Both the position numbers and the translations under genes were made by a program. Of a DNA stretch of 64,000 nt, positions 49,917 through 63,834 are shown in pieces; position 1 is the first letter of the stretch; each line of letters starts with the position of its first letter. The notes beneath the pieces are model-generated. The model searched no databases. It was given only the letters and a program-made list of their open reading frames with translations, and was not told the DNA's origin. Source of the DNA: Nemertoderma westbladi (lineage: Eukaryota > Animalia > Xenacoelomorpha); NCBI GenBank assembly GCA_032718475.1, contig JAUCBJ010008653.1, positions 34,803 through 98,802 of the forward strand, written 5' to 3'.

Positions 49917-52900
49917 TCAGTCCTTCTTTCGTGAACGGCGTTTATGAAGTTTTTTGAGACTAGTAAGAGTCTTTTTCTCTTTGGGGCGAGCCACTTTACT
50001 AGGAGGGCTATAACTCCTGGGGGAAGGGTGCAATACGATTGCATCAGAAGGTTTTGGATTACGGTTGGTGTATCCGCCAGTCGAGGTACCCGGTTGATCG
50101 ATATCAACATTGGTGGAACGAGGGCAAACAACCTTTAGAGCTCGTTTCAGGACGGCAGCTCTTACCGGTCCTTGATGGGTCGTTTGCACTACAGCGGTAG
50201 GTTGACCGTGTGTAGTGAGAAATTTCCGCGGTTTGATTGTTCTCTCTAATTCGCGTTCTCTGGCTTTATATTCATATGGTCGTCTATGAACTTCTTGTAA
50301 CTCAGGATGCGAGTTTATGAACAAGTCGCCGTATTCCTGATCTTGGCGGATGAAGTTGATCAAGTTATAGGAATTCAGGTTATTGGGATTAATATTCCTA
50401 AGATACTTGCGAACATATTTAGTTGAAATATTCTCGCCAACACGCTTCATCAGTTTGTAACTGGGAATGCAAGATTTTTGTTTGACGGATGCAAAGAGGT
50501 ATGGCTGAAACGCATATACTCCTTCATATGCACGTCCTGGATAGTATCGGTGACGTGATTCGCAATGGAGATCCGCATTAGCTTCCCAAGCTCTGATGTA
50601 ACGCAGGGTAACTATTTCATCTACGCTCTCCAGATCTCGGTTGAAAGGGCAATCGAAACTTGCGTGTCCTTTGATCTGACAATGGTGACATTGAGTCATA
50701 AATTGAGGACAGATGGCAAATATGTGTAGATTGTTGAGTCTACAATACGTACAATGAATCTCCATAATAGGTTGATCTTTAAAGTAGGAGCAGGGTTCGC
50801 TGGAGTCCACCGGGGTAAAGTGGTCCCGTAATGCACATAATCGGCAACGTTTCCTAGAAATGTAATTGGCATGCCTATAATCATATGCCGTGAGACTTTG
50901 TGGACCCTGATACCATTCCAACACATAATCATTGTCGCTACTCCTGGGCGCTATGTGTTGAATTTCTTCGGATTCCAAGCGAATTGGTTCTTCTTCCACT
51001 TGCATAGCTGAGATAGGTGCAGCTGTTTCCTCAAGTGAACCCACTGATTGAACTTCCACAATAGAATAACCTGTGGGGATTCGGGGTCTTTGTATGACAG
51101 ATGAATGTAGGTTCTGTATACAAACGTCCTTAAAAATGGCAAATCCAGCGCTGTCCAACTTCTCAGCAGCTGAGTCTCTTAAGCTGAGCATGGTCAAAGC
51201 GCGGTCCTTGAACTGACTATCAACATTGCGGAATGGAGTCAGAAAGCGCCTAAAACATTCGAATTTGATGAATTTATTGTATTCATCTAACTTGGCGAGT
51301 TTGGTTCTAAGCACTAAGGGATGAGCGCGTATAGTGCGACTGCACACATCGGCTAGCCAACCAGCAAGTGCGGCGTTCTCGAAGATGGTGTATATAGATA
51401 ATGAGGGATGGAGTGGAACACTTATAAAGCTATAGACGACTCCAGGTGCGGTTAATGGTCTGTCAAAATATAATAGAAAATAATGGTCTCCATATATTTG
51501 TTGATAACTGACAGGATTTCCAACTTTGAAATTCCATCCGTATTCTTGGAAGGCGAGATGTCCAATGGAGGTTCTTTGTACTTTATTGATTCCGCTTGAT
51601 GTATTGGCATACATAGTTCGGAAGAAACCTCGGCCTTCTGCCCATGGTGCAATCAGCTGGGTGTATACGAAAGGATATGGGATATTCTCCATGTTTCTAA
51701 AGTCATTTTGGAGATCTCCATAAACAGCTGAACCGATTTTAATGATTCTCTCGTCAAACAGCATCTCAAGTACTGGCTGGGGTAGCATAGATCCGTCTAT
51801 ACCCATGGCCGGTTTGCACTCGGTATCGGTAACATAACGCTGCGCGAGTTCGAATTGTCCATGCCGGAGTTTCTTTTGTATCTTTGTGAGAGTCTCAAAA
51901 GAATAATCGATCACGTCGGAACACGCTCAAGTAAAAACATGGATAGAACCAGGTAATCCTCGTATATGTATCATTCGCGTAGTTCCTAGTTCTCTAACAG
52001 GAACACTACCTTCGTTATCGTAAGTGACAACTCCGTATATTTCGATAACGTTAAGAGTTTCGTTCCACTCTTTGGTGGCGTTTTCTATGGTCATACCCAC
52101 TGGATGCCATAAGGTTGTGCGTTTGCTTGCGTTAGGTAAATCACTATACTTCAGATAATGCGTAGTATAAGTAGCTGCATCTCCGTATCGCTGTATTCTC
52201 TCTTCCTCGAATAATACGTCAAGATTCCAAAGGACTAATCGAGTTTTAATGAATCCATTGAGATTGTACGGAGGTATTATGTCCCTTTCTATTCTTGAAA
52301 CATTATAAGGTTTTCTGAATGAGTTTACTTTAACCAATTGATCTAAATATTTCTGTAGTTGTTCGAGTTCGACAAGATCGAGGGGATTTATCAATGGTAG
52401 AAACTTTAAACTGTGTGTAGGATCTTCTGGTTTCACCATATAATATTGAGATAAATTGACATAATAGGGGTGATCTTTGATCCCGTAAAACGAGTTAGGT
52501 AAAAGTCTAGCGCATAGGTTGACCTCGTGTACCATACGATGGACAAGATCCGCTCAATTGTCCGGAGGTTCAACGAGTATACCGTCGACACGAGCAGCCT
52601 CGATTGGTGGACGTTGTAACACAGGAGCGTCAGCGATAAGATCTCTAGATCTTCAATTAATATCAACCGGTTGGGGTTGTACCGTAGCGAAGAGTTTATC
52701 TCCGAAATGGGGAACCATCGAAGGATGAATGATGGTTTGGAATAGAGATCATCAGTCAAAAGTATTTGAGCTTCCGGTTGGGCTGAAGCTGCTTCCTCTC
52801 TCTCATCCATTTCGATGTGCTTCTCCTCAAGCTGATTTTCCTCCGCTTGTCGTTGGAAGCGTTCGTCCAAGAACTCCTGTAGAGAGTATGTTCGTCCAAG

Positions 52901-54156
52901 TTCGATATCTTCCTCAAGATTCTGGATTTCCCGATCGAACTGAGGTAAAGCCAATTCTTTTACCACTTGGACTTGTTGTTGCAATTTACGTTTGTCTAAA
53001 CAATCGTAGGTTCCGATCTTTTCCCGAATAGCATCTAGCGCATTTTGTTCAACGCTTTCCTCCACCTCGGTGACAGGTTGTATCTAAGTTAAACCAGGAC
53101 GATTATATGGGTTGAACGGAGATATTAGATGTCCGCGTCCCAATATCTAGCGATATATATCTAGTGAGCCCACAACCGGAGTCCCACCGACTAATTGTTC
53201 GGGTAACACTAGATCTTTGAACAATGAGTACAATTCAGGAGGATCCGTCATACTATTAGGATCAAGAGTCTGAGGTCGCACCAGGGAATGAGGAGGTCTG
53301 ACCGAGTATTCCAGAACTCTGATCATAGGTTTATTTAAGGATTGTTTGAGTCGAGCGAGCGTACGTGATACGTTGAATAAGTTTCGCTCAACTCCCATAA
53401 GTATAGCGAGTAAACCTGTGTTTAGTGCAACGTCTCTGCGGATTTTTATGTCTTTCCATTTGTTGATTGGGTCTAGGGCATTCATCGCAGTAATACCAAA
53501 GACGCACGTCTTGTAAGGGAAACACTGGTGATCTTTCTCCAGTTTTACATTATTCCTCCATCTGTTCGAAGCTATCCGGTACAACAGGTAGCAGTCAATC
53601 GGCGGGAAGATACATCATAGTAAAATAGAGTCGTTTGAGTTCTATCATAGGTCATATCATGTATACCTTGAGGATATCAAGTTTCTAGATTTTGTTGACT
53701 AGCTACATTGAGATAAGTTTCTCTCAAGAATTCTAAATATTCGTTGAAGTCACTACGTTTATCCGGTTCTTTGACATCTTCTCTTTCGAGTCGGTTTCAA
53801 ATAGAATTTTCATGTTCAATTCTCAGTTTATCATTCCGACTCCGCTGGGCATGATATTTAAATAGAATCATTTCCCTTTCGGTGTCTACATCGTCCGTAT
53901 CATGTAAATCGATAGGATGACCAGTAGTTAAGAAGTCCATATACGTACCATTACGATGCATATAGCAAGCGGTGAATTTCCGATAGTCCAATTCATGCTT
54001 GAGCTGTTCCTTTGACATTGGCGTTTCGATATAACAGCCATCGTCTTCCGTCGTGTGTTGACTAGCGTCACCGCTTATCAAACTATCAACAAACGCTTGC
54101 AGTGGTAGGGTATATCGCTCCCTGATACCAAGATCATCTTCTATCAACTCAGTCAT
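49917..54156 (-). pseudogene. Extra ORF (ORF3) of element C: DEDDy/DnaQ-like 3'-5' exonuclease domain plus zinc knuckles; interrupted
   Basis: Five co-oriented ORF pieces. 52535-51927 and 51914-49917 share a frame across one TGA. ExoI-like VVTYDNEG, ExoII-like LPQPVLEMLFDERIIKIGSAVYGD, SIGHLAFQEYG, ExoIII-like RPLT...YTIFE; knuckles CRLCALRDH, CTYCRLNNLHIFAIC, CHHCQIKGHASFDC. Confidence 0.7.
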
Positions 54157-54984
54157 AGTTGCTATATGAGTTTATCGATATTATAGTTAATAATACTAAG
54201 GCTAGCAGGCGTCGCTGCCTTCCCCTCTATGCCCCCGGACAGCCCTGAGATCCTCAGCGCTGATGTACTGTCATCGCTGTGCCTCTCGCCAACATAGTAG
54301 CTACACAACGACAACAATAACCAGCGCGAGTCACTCCACTGCCCGTCCCAAGGGCTTGGATATACTGGAGGTACTTGCTACAGATGCAGAGTAACTTTCA
54401 CAACTGCGACTCGCTACAGTAAACACACTTTAGTAGTAACATTCACCTATAAATACACAAATTCCACATTCCTGCCACAATTTGTACAAATTAGGGCCAT
54501 TTGTCCGTTAGTCAAATGCCTTCCAGAATGCCACATTATTATTATGTATCTTTGGATACTATCAGGTTGCTATTTATTACGCATGCTATTCAATGGAGTA
54601 AGCTTTCTATTGTTATTTTAACTCACTTCTAATTTTAGCGTGGTTGTTACTATGGTGACATTATGCAAAGCTAGCGGTAGAATTAGGGTATTTCTCATGT
54701 ATACAGATCTGGGATGCTATTTAATAGTGATTCTTTAATTGTCAATATTCCCCTTATACATGATTTTATGAATTTCATCGGCTATTGACTGTACGTGCAC
54801 TTGAGATTCTCTCACAATGATATACTTAATAGGGTGAATCTCCACTCCCATGATATATTAATTAACGGAATTTTGGGAATGTTTATAAATTGTATAAAAT
54901 GACAATTTATTAAATTCATGAGAGGATATGAATTTAAATTTTATTCCCGTGAATTTTATTATTTGATATTAAAATAGACACAGT

Positions 54985-55350
54985 TTTATTCCAGAACATG
55001 TCTGGGGACTAGGATATTAATTCCAGAATTTTGTCTTTTAAGAGTATCGGTAAGTACTACGATATCTTAATTGACTAGAATTTATAGGATCTAAAGGTAT
55101 CACAGATTTGTTTATAAATTTTAGATTTAATTTGTTAGCAATTCCTCTGTTTTAACATTTGTTATAACAAACGTTGTAAATATTTATCAAATATTTAATA
55201 TTTAATATTGAGGATGGGCACCGGTTTATTCCAGAACATGTCTGGGGACGTTAACCACTGATTCTAGAATTTTGTCTTTCAAGTGGTGGGTGCCACGATA
55301 TCCTAATCGACTAGAATTTCAGATGGTCAAAGGGTTTAACAGATTTATTT
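54985..55350. repeat. Two diverged ~125-bp direct repeats between pol and ORF3
   Basis: tttattccagaacatgtctggggac...agaattttgtcttt...acgatatc.taat.gactagaattt...acagattt at ~54985 and ~55225. Confidence 0.85.
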
Positions 55351-55869
55351 TACGCTTCAACTACTGTTAAATGGACATCATTCTACTATATGTATTATTT
55401 AAGATACGGTATGAGAGCAATATTGCAAGAAGCAATGTCAGTGAGAAGAGGCAAGTCGTTTCCAAGGTCTACCCAGAGCTTGGTTTAGCCGAGACACGAG
55501 GATCTGAACTTTGCATTCCTAATACTCTACTTACCAATACTACTTAAGTATAGTAGGGGCGGTATATTGTATATATTATATATATATATATTTCATCTTA
55601 CTGTAGTCACGTATTTATAGTATGATATGGACAGTAAGGAAAGAGAAAATGAAATTATTTCTCGCCGTTAAACGAAATATATTATACTAAGTAATTAAGT
55701 AATAAAACATAAATCTATTGCACTAATCTACTGAATAATCGTTAAAATATTATTCTACTAAATAAAATTAAAGAAAACGATTATAATAATAAAAATTACA
55801 TAATAATACATACATAAATATAAAAATAAAAAATAAAATAATGTAGTCACACACCCACTCCGAACGTTA

Positions 55870-58800
55870 TTACATTGGGGAGTCCCTAGATGTTGGTTGG
55901 ATTAGGGAGGTGGTCGTGGGAAGAGTCTCTTGCCTTCCATAGTTACTGGACAACTCTCGATCTCTTTCCAGTAAACATAAATGACCAACCGGGCGATTAA
56001 GTTGTTGCGTTTTGAACACAATTCCAGGTTTCTTAAAATTACGTCGCATGACGACGAGTTCTACCGATCGCACTAAACCATCATCGGATATATGAGTCTC
56101 GATGATACAACCTGTCTGCCACCTCTTACGGGGAAGATCTGATTCCACGATAAGGACCATGTCTCCGGCGCTGAAGTTTTCTTGCTGCGCAAACCACTTT
56201 GTTCGAAGTTGTAGCGTAGGAAGATAATGTTTTTCGAAATGGTCAGTGAAATGAAGGGATAATAACTGCCTAAGTTTCCAAGTTTTTCGGCAGTATTAGT
56301 CTCTGTCCTTTATTTCCGACTGTGGGAGCATGGCTACAGGTTTCTTTAGTAGGAAATGCGTGGGTGTTAGCGCTTCTAGGGAGTCGGGACTAGATGAGAC
56401 TGGCATAAGCGGTTTCTCGTTGAGATAGGCGGCGATTTCTTCCATTAACGTCTGTAAAAGTTCGTCGGTGAGATACGCGCGGCACGGCACTATAAAGTGA
56501 AATGCGGTCTTTACGCTACGTATGAGTTTCTCCTAACTTCCTCCCCACCAAGGGGCGTCGGCGGCGTTGAAGGTCCAGCTAGATGCTGTTACTCTTAGCT
56601 GATCGTCCACCTGTCTTTGGTTCCAATCCTTTACGTAAGCTTTAATCTCGTTATTGGCGCCAATGAAATTAGTTCCTTTGTCAGATCTCATAGTGTTGCT
56701 TGTCCCAAAATGAGCAATTTGTCGGCGTAAACTCAGTATGAAGCTGTTGGTAGATAGATCGTTCACCCTATCTAGATGGATCGCTCTACAAGTCATACAG
56801 ACAAAGATGACGTACCATCGCTTGACTATAGTCCTAGCACGATATACTTCAAAAGGGCCGAATAAATCCACACCAGTATTAGTAAAGGGTGGTTCATAAC
56901 AGCTTACTCGTTCCCTGGGTAATTCTGCCTTTCGCTGTGTTAAAGGCCTACTAAATGCTTTCCTACAGGGTATACAGTTCCTATGAACTTGGTTTAGAGC
57001 TCTACGGGGCTTATGGAAATAATAGCGAGTTCGAATTTCGCTAAGAACTCTTTCTCTACCAGCATGGCAAAGCTTACTGTGAACATCTACAATCATCTTG
57101 ATTCGTATTTCAAGATTTCTAATGAGTATGGGAAACTTAGTGTCAAAGGACAATGGAGCATTGGTTAATCTCCCTCCAACACGTATTAACCCATCTATCA
57201 TTGTGCTAGAGAAACGATCCCTTAAGCGCATCTGTGGATTTCTCAACAACAGGAAATGCTTATCGGAATCCTCGTAACATTGCAGGAGTCTCAGTATCTG
57301 CTTGTTGGTATAATCATGTTCTTGGTAACTGATCCTCTCAGTCAGAAACCTATCAGGCACTCTATAAGTGGGAAGGTCTTTAGTAGCATGGACCTTTTCA
57401 GCTACTACTGGAGCGGTATCATTAGCTATCTTCGTCCTGGAATAGTGATGATGGAAACATCTTTTTAGATACACAATGGCCTTGCAAAGCCAATTCCAGG
57501 AGCTGTAATGATCTATTGCCCTTTGTAGGAGAGGAGAGAGTCCTTGCGAGACGTCTGGTGTTCCAGATTTCCAGTCTCTTTCTCTGATTTCTATAACGGA
57601 TTTATTTATAGTTTGGGTAACATCCATGGGTGAGTTTAGATCCACAGTGCCGTCACCGGCGGTGTGTAGCACAGACAGATCTAGCGCTGGCTTAAACAGC
57701 TTTGATTTACTTGTCCAGGTTTTCGGTTTGACTTTCTCCGCTCCCTTGGCTTGTCTGATCTCCGCCGTGGTGAGATTAGGTGGCCATTCCTCCTCTTCTT
57801 TACTCAGGAAGTCGGGTCCACCTAACCAGTCTGGAGTATCTATCAATTCTTGAGGAGTTGCTCCTCTGGAAGCGATGTCAGCTGGATTAATTGTCCCAGG
57901 GCAATGTCTCCATTGATCTATATTAGAGCGACTGAGTATAATGGCTACTCTGTTGGTAACAAAGACGCTGAACTGACAGACTTCATTAGTTATATACTCC
58001 GGAACGAGTAAAGCACCAGTCCAATAGACAGTTTTCTCTAGTGGATAGTCGATCTGTTCCGTTACATTCCGGCCGATGGCTGTAGCATATAGAGCCGCCT
58101 TTAACTCCGTTCTGGGAACTCGTAGTTTGTTGTTTATTAGGGCCTTAGAGGCGACTAATGAAACCGTAATTCCATCCGAGTTTCAACCCTCAGATAGGCT
58201 ACTATAACTATTCCAATATCGCTGGCGTCTCCAAAAACATGGAGTTGATAGGAATACGTGGGGAGAATGTGACCGAAATACGAGCGGGAAATCTTAAAGT
58301 TCTCGATAGATGGTAAAGAATCTTCCCATTTCATCCACTTCTTTAGTAGTTCTCCCTTGAGTGGATCATCCCACGAGTGGTTTTCGAGCCACATTTGTTG
58401 TACTAAGCTCTGAGCAACTAGTATGACTGGGCTAATGAATCCCAACAGATCGAAATAAGTGCTCAGGATACTTAGACAAATCCGTTTATTTCTAACTGGA
58501 TTACCTCGTTGCTTCAATTGAAAGAATAGAATATCTCTCTCTGTGTCCCATTTTAATCTAAGAGTTTTGGTTTCTGGAAGATCGTCCTTAATGAGGTCAA
58601 GATCTTTAACACCTCGGTCTTCTACTGGGATCGATTCCAGGAACAGGAGTTACTAGTGAATTTGGTTAGGCGAAATCCACCTCGTTGTAAGCACTCTACC
58701 GTTCCCTTGGCAACATCGATTGCTTCTTCCACCGATGGGAGGGACTTTAAATTGTCGTCCATGTAAATATCCCGTTTGATGTTGTGGATACCCGCTTTAG

Positions 58801-61800
58801 AGAAGGCGTCTCTGTTGTCATTGGCAGTGGTACGCACTGCAGAACAAGCGTTCGAGGGGCTCGAGATGATCCCGAAAGCCTGGATTGTCATTCATTACTC
58901 TACCGGTTTTCGGTTGAGGTCTCCTTCAGGCCACCACAGAAATCGTAGGCTGTCTCGATCCCTAGCTAGCGCTTTAACTTGTAGAAGCATACCTTCAATG
59001 TCCAAAGCAAAGACGCTCGAATATTGCCGCAGTCGTAGTAATATTCCCAACAAAGATTGAAGTAAGTTGCGTCCCGGCAACAGTTTGGAATTTAGGGATT
59101 GTCCCATATAAAGGGCGGAGCCGTCAAACACTACCCAGACTTCGTTTGGTTTACCAGGCTTGGGAACGTAATGATGTGTCAAATAATACATTCGTTCCGT
59201 TATGGGTGTTTCTTCCGGAACTCGCTCCGCGTATCCCTTGTCTATAAACTTCTTTAATTGAGTTTTATACTTTTCCTTGGCTCGATCGTTAGCCATCAAA
59301 CGCCGATGCAGTTGTGCAATTCTTTTTTCCGCTAAAGGTCGGTTATTCACGAAGCTGTGTTCTATCCGTCGGAATGGCAGACCAATCTCATAATGAACTT
59401 CATCTTTTAGATAACGTGTGATCGTTTCCTGAATCTGCTTGGCTCTCTCTTCCTCGACCGATAACGCTTTGTTGTAGGAATTAGGCTCTACGGCTTCTTG
59501 AGTAAAGAATCGTACAGCGTGTTCATCGCGTACTTTACTATTGTACCGCTCTACCGCTTCATTTAACTCATCGTCATAAGTCAATTGTTCGCTATTTTGA
59601 CTGGTAAGGTTACACAAGTTAACTTGGTTTAACCAAGTTTGATTCTCAGTGAGGAGTTCAATGGTATTTTCCTCATCATATAAATTATGTATATCGTCGT
59701 TATCTGAGGAGTATGGTGTTTCCTCAGCTGGGATTTCTTCTTCACTTATATCTTCCTCTCATTTATTTACCTGATGGACTTGTTCGCTCGTAAAGTAAAG
59801 TAAAGTAAAGTATCTTTATCACCACCATCTTAACTGACCTTACACTATTTTCACCTAGCTCATCCTGGGGAGTGGACAACGAACCCACGTAGTAATCGGT
59901 TGCTACTGTGGATTTCCAAACCTGCATAATTCCGGAAAGGTTCAGTTTGGTTCGGAACTTTGGTTGACCAGCAAAGATATCTTCGGCCATGTCTTTGTCT
60001 ATAAAGGTGCCTGTACTGCCGGCGTTCACTATTAAGCTCTTCCCTATTCCATGCACCCTCAGTTGCACCACAGGAAACTCTCGGATACTGACAGATGATG
60101 TTGGCGCTTTCCATGAGAGCTGTCTGTCTGGAATAGACAATCGGGGTCCCTCTCCCTCCGTCTCGGTCTCATACGTAAGTGCTCGATATACGGTTGTATT
60201 GATCATATAACAGGATTCATTTTTGTCTGAAAATTCATTGGTGCAGAATCCTTCCATATCTGAACTGTGGTCAGTGTCGTTCATATCACTGAATTGGACA
60301 TGTAGTTCGGGCTCACTTACCTGACTCATCCGGGTCCTATCAAATTCGGTATGCAGCAAAATCTGATGTTTAGCGCCGCACTTAGCACACTTCGCGTCTG
60401 AGTAACAGGTTCTTCGTTGATGTCCTCGCCTGAGGCAGTTATAGCACAACCGTTTATCCCACATGACATCACGTCTATCCTTCAATGTTTTCTTTAAGAA
60501 TTCTTCACACCCACTCAAGCGATGCGGCCCATCGCACAATACACACTTAGGTTTGATGTTACTTATCTTAACCTGCGTCGTATTTTGTACGCTAGCTCTT
60601 TCTTTGGGCTTCCTTCCATGAATTCTCTTAGGAGACATAGGGGGAGTTGTTACCTGTTCTCTCTTGTCACTGGTTTGTCACTGATTTACTTACATCTTTC
60701 CTGATTTTGTTAACGTAATAAGATCTCTCGGTATCCTTGCCACTGTTCTCGTCATATGACGTTTGGCTTTTGTAATCATCTGTATAACACACTGGTGTTA
60801 CCTTTCTCCTAGTAACAGGTTTTTCACTTACCTTACTTTCCGGTGTCTTCTCTCTAGACTGTTTTAGGAGCTGTAATCTTACCTCTCCGTTTAAGAATGA
60901 CATGAGATCAGCCATGGTAGGGTCATCAGATATCCAGTAGTCCATCAGATAGAGAACCTTTTTGTCCCAGCGAGTACCTACCTACTCCACCCTTTGGCAA
61001 AGTTGATGCTACGGCTCCTACAACCATAGAACTCTGGTATTCCTGAGACTTACCCAACCAGTCTAGCTGTCTACAGATCTCTTGAATCTCATCGGAAAAT
61101 TCTATAATCCCACTGCTAAGAAACTTTCGGGGCGCTACTAATTTCGCATACAGATATCTAGCTATATTAGTCCTATTACCATACCTGATGTTTAGTGTAT
61201 CCCAAACTTGTCTCAATCCGTCTGGATGTCCAATAAAATTTAACGCCATTAACTTGGGAGGTCCTTCCAAGCATTCAATGAGGAATCGTAGTTTATCTCC
61301 GCTGGATAGTACATAGTTCTGTATGTTATCTTTGTAATATTCATTAAAAGATAACCATTTCATCTCATCTCCATTAAACTTGACGACCTCTCCCACTTTT
61401 ACCACTTGACGAGCTTCAGTTCTAGCCATCTGACGTGTAAAACTTTCTTGGGCCATCGTATTATTTAATATCAAATTATCGGTATATAAATTTCTCGGAT
61501 TATTATCAGATCTTTATGGGATATCATTATCAACAGGCTTATTAATACCCTTAATAGGGTTTACTATCGGAGTTTCTACTTCGCTAGCAGTATAGATGCG
61601 TGTAGGCTCCACACCTTGCGCATGAAATACTTCAGACCTAACGGGCTGACACATTGTTACAGAGGGTGGAGTTATACCCATTTGTATATTCACTAATTTA
61701 TCGCGCTCGAGAGCAATATTTTGCTGTACTTCTTGCAGCTCTAACCTACTCTCTCTCACTGTTCTCTTTAACAGCTGCACAGTCCCTTCCAATTCTCGGA

Positions 61801-63834
61801 CTTGTTTGGAGGACTTGGCCTTATTGTCCTCTAGCTGCCCGAGCAACTGCTCCATCCCCCATCGTCCCTCGTCCATCCACTCAACCGCGGAGGCAGGAGT
61901 CGCCAACGTCGTAGCCGGATGGCACATTGGGACGACGGGAGACAATCTATTTATTTCTTGCTCGGCGTCTATGACTGTCTGAGATTCTGGCAGTCGTCTA
62001 CTGGGTACAGGTAGTTTGGTACTGTGTAAAGGGAATTTAGAGTTAGGTTCTAGGAGCAAAGGGGTCTCTATCAAGGAAGTGGCTTCGCTAACAGGCCTAA
62101 TTATTTCTGGCTCATCTACTATAGTAGATAGTCTTTCTACTCTTGTAATTGGGGTTGTTGGCTCTCGATTACTTAAGTCTACACTAGTTAGCTCCCTTCT
62201 CACCGCAGGGGGTAAGTTAGGAAACTTATGCCGGTGGGGCGCTCTTCGACGTCAATTTGAATGAGATGTATTACCTTTACCCTCGGGATTAGTTGTATCA
62301 CCTTCATCCAAGGAGGTAAATCCCTGTCTTCTGGGAGTAGATCGACTCAGTAGTTGCATCTGAGTAGCTGCTCTTTGTTTATTTAAGTAATCTTGTTTCG
62401 CCTGAAGGTTCTCCAACTCTAGTTGGACTGTCGCTTCAGATGCCCTCCATTCTGCTTCTGCCACTGCCGCTGCTGCTGCCGCTTGTCTTTCAGCTTCTGC
62501 CGCTGTTCTTTTCTTCAGCCTATGCCGCTGCCGCTTTTCTTTCAGCTTCTGTCGGTGCCGCTGCTGCTGCCGCTTTCCTTTCAGCTTCTGCCGCTGCCGC
62601 TGCTACTGCTGCTTTTCTTTCAGCTTCTGCTGCTGCCGCTGCCGCTTTTCTTTCAGCTTCTGCCGCTGCTGCTACCTTTCGGTCTTCTATTTATCTTTTC
62701 TCTATTTGTTATTCTTGGTCCATTGCGATGAGAATGCTTTCATCAAATTTAGCCTGCTCCGCAGCTAATATTTCCGCATCTAAAGAGTCCAGCACGAATT
62801 TGGCTCCCTCACTATTGGGATGAAGTCCAGCTAGACGTCTCCTTAACTCTTTGTCACCTATAAATCGTTGATAATCCGACAGGTAGATGTCAATAGCATC
62901 CTTTTTCTGAGGTTTTTCGGATACCGCCTCGCCTTCCACATGAGAAAAGGTTGCATCTGTTGATTCTCCATGGGTTACGTGTTCAGTTAGCTGAACCCTC
63001 CATTGTGTTGTTTCCTGGACTTTAACATTCACTCGCTGGAACCAAGTCTTTACAGCCAGCTGTAACGATGTGTCTTGACTTCTCTTCGAGGCCTCTTCAA
63101 AGGCTGAAAGGATTAATCTGATCCTCAAGATACGTTCTCTCACTTGGTAAAGCAGCTCTCCCTGCTCTTGAGGTCCCTGAGGTTGTTGAAATAATCGGAT
63201 TTCTATTCTTTCCAAGGAGTTTAAGAATCCTTGACCTCTTCCATATAGCGGGATCTCTTGTGTCCTCACTACCCCCATTTGGTATAAGTCATCCCAGGCA
63301 GCTTCCGATAAGTTAAATGGGAGTCCTGGTCCGGGGAAGTTCCATTGAGTCTCTACAATAGACCTTAGTTCTTCCTGCAGAGTATCCTGCATAACTGTCC
63401 CTGGTCGATCTCTTATTTCTCATCCAATCCGCTTGATGTTCTTCTACTGCTACAAGTACTCTAGTGAGTACTGCCCCAGGAAGAATTAGAAGTGGGTCTG
63501 GATAAACAGCTTCTTCGATCCTTGTTCCGATCTCGGGCATTAACTCCTCGGTGTCGGAACTAGAGTTACTACGCAGTTGAGTAATAAGTTTTCGGTTCGG
63601 GTACTGTATTTGTTTGGCAGCCATCTCTTGGTCTCGCTTAACTTGAGACCTAGTGCCTATAATAGACCTATGGTGCTTTACTAGCCTAGGGTCCGATACC
63701 ACTACTGTAGGGATAACCTTTCTTACAGTAGGAGGGGACTTAGACTTCGGTCTGGGATGTTCCATACTTTGATCTGGGTCACAGATCGTTCTTTCTAAGA
63801 GACTATCTGACAGTGTTTGTTTTGTGTCAGACAT
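55870..63834 (-). pseudogene. gag-pol: Element C gag-pol, heavily interrupted
   Basis: KFNGDEMKW and LEGPPK (gag), CVLCDGPHRLSGC, CYNCLRRGHQRRTC, CAKCGAKH, VVFDGSA, IYMDD, FDLLGFISP, LHVFGDAS, GVDLFGP, SDKGTNF, RPVGHLCLLE. Confidence 0.93.
62450..62680 (-). repeat. Coding minisatellite (AAAAAEAERK)n in element C gag
   Basis: Repeated ttt(c)tttcagcttctgc.gctgc units of ~30-40 bp. Confidence 0.85.

Noticed and set aside
49917-51914. ORF3 as an envelope protein or a host gene
   Set aside because: No signal peptide or transmembrane anchor evident; it appears intronless, is co-oriented with pol and has decayed like it.
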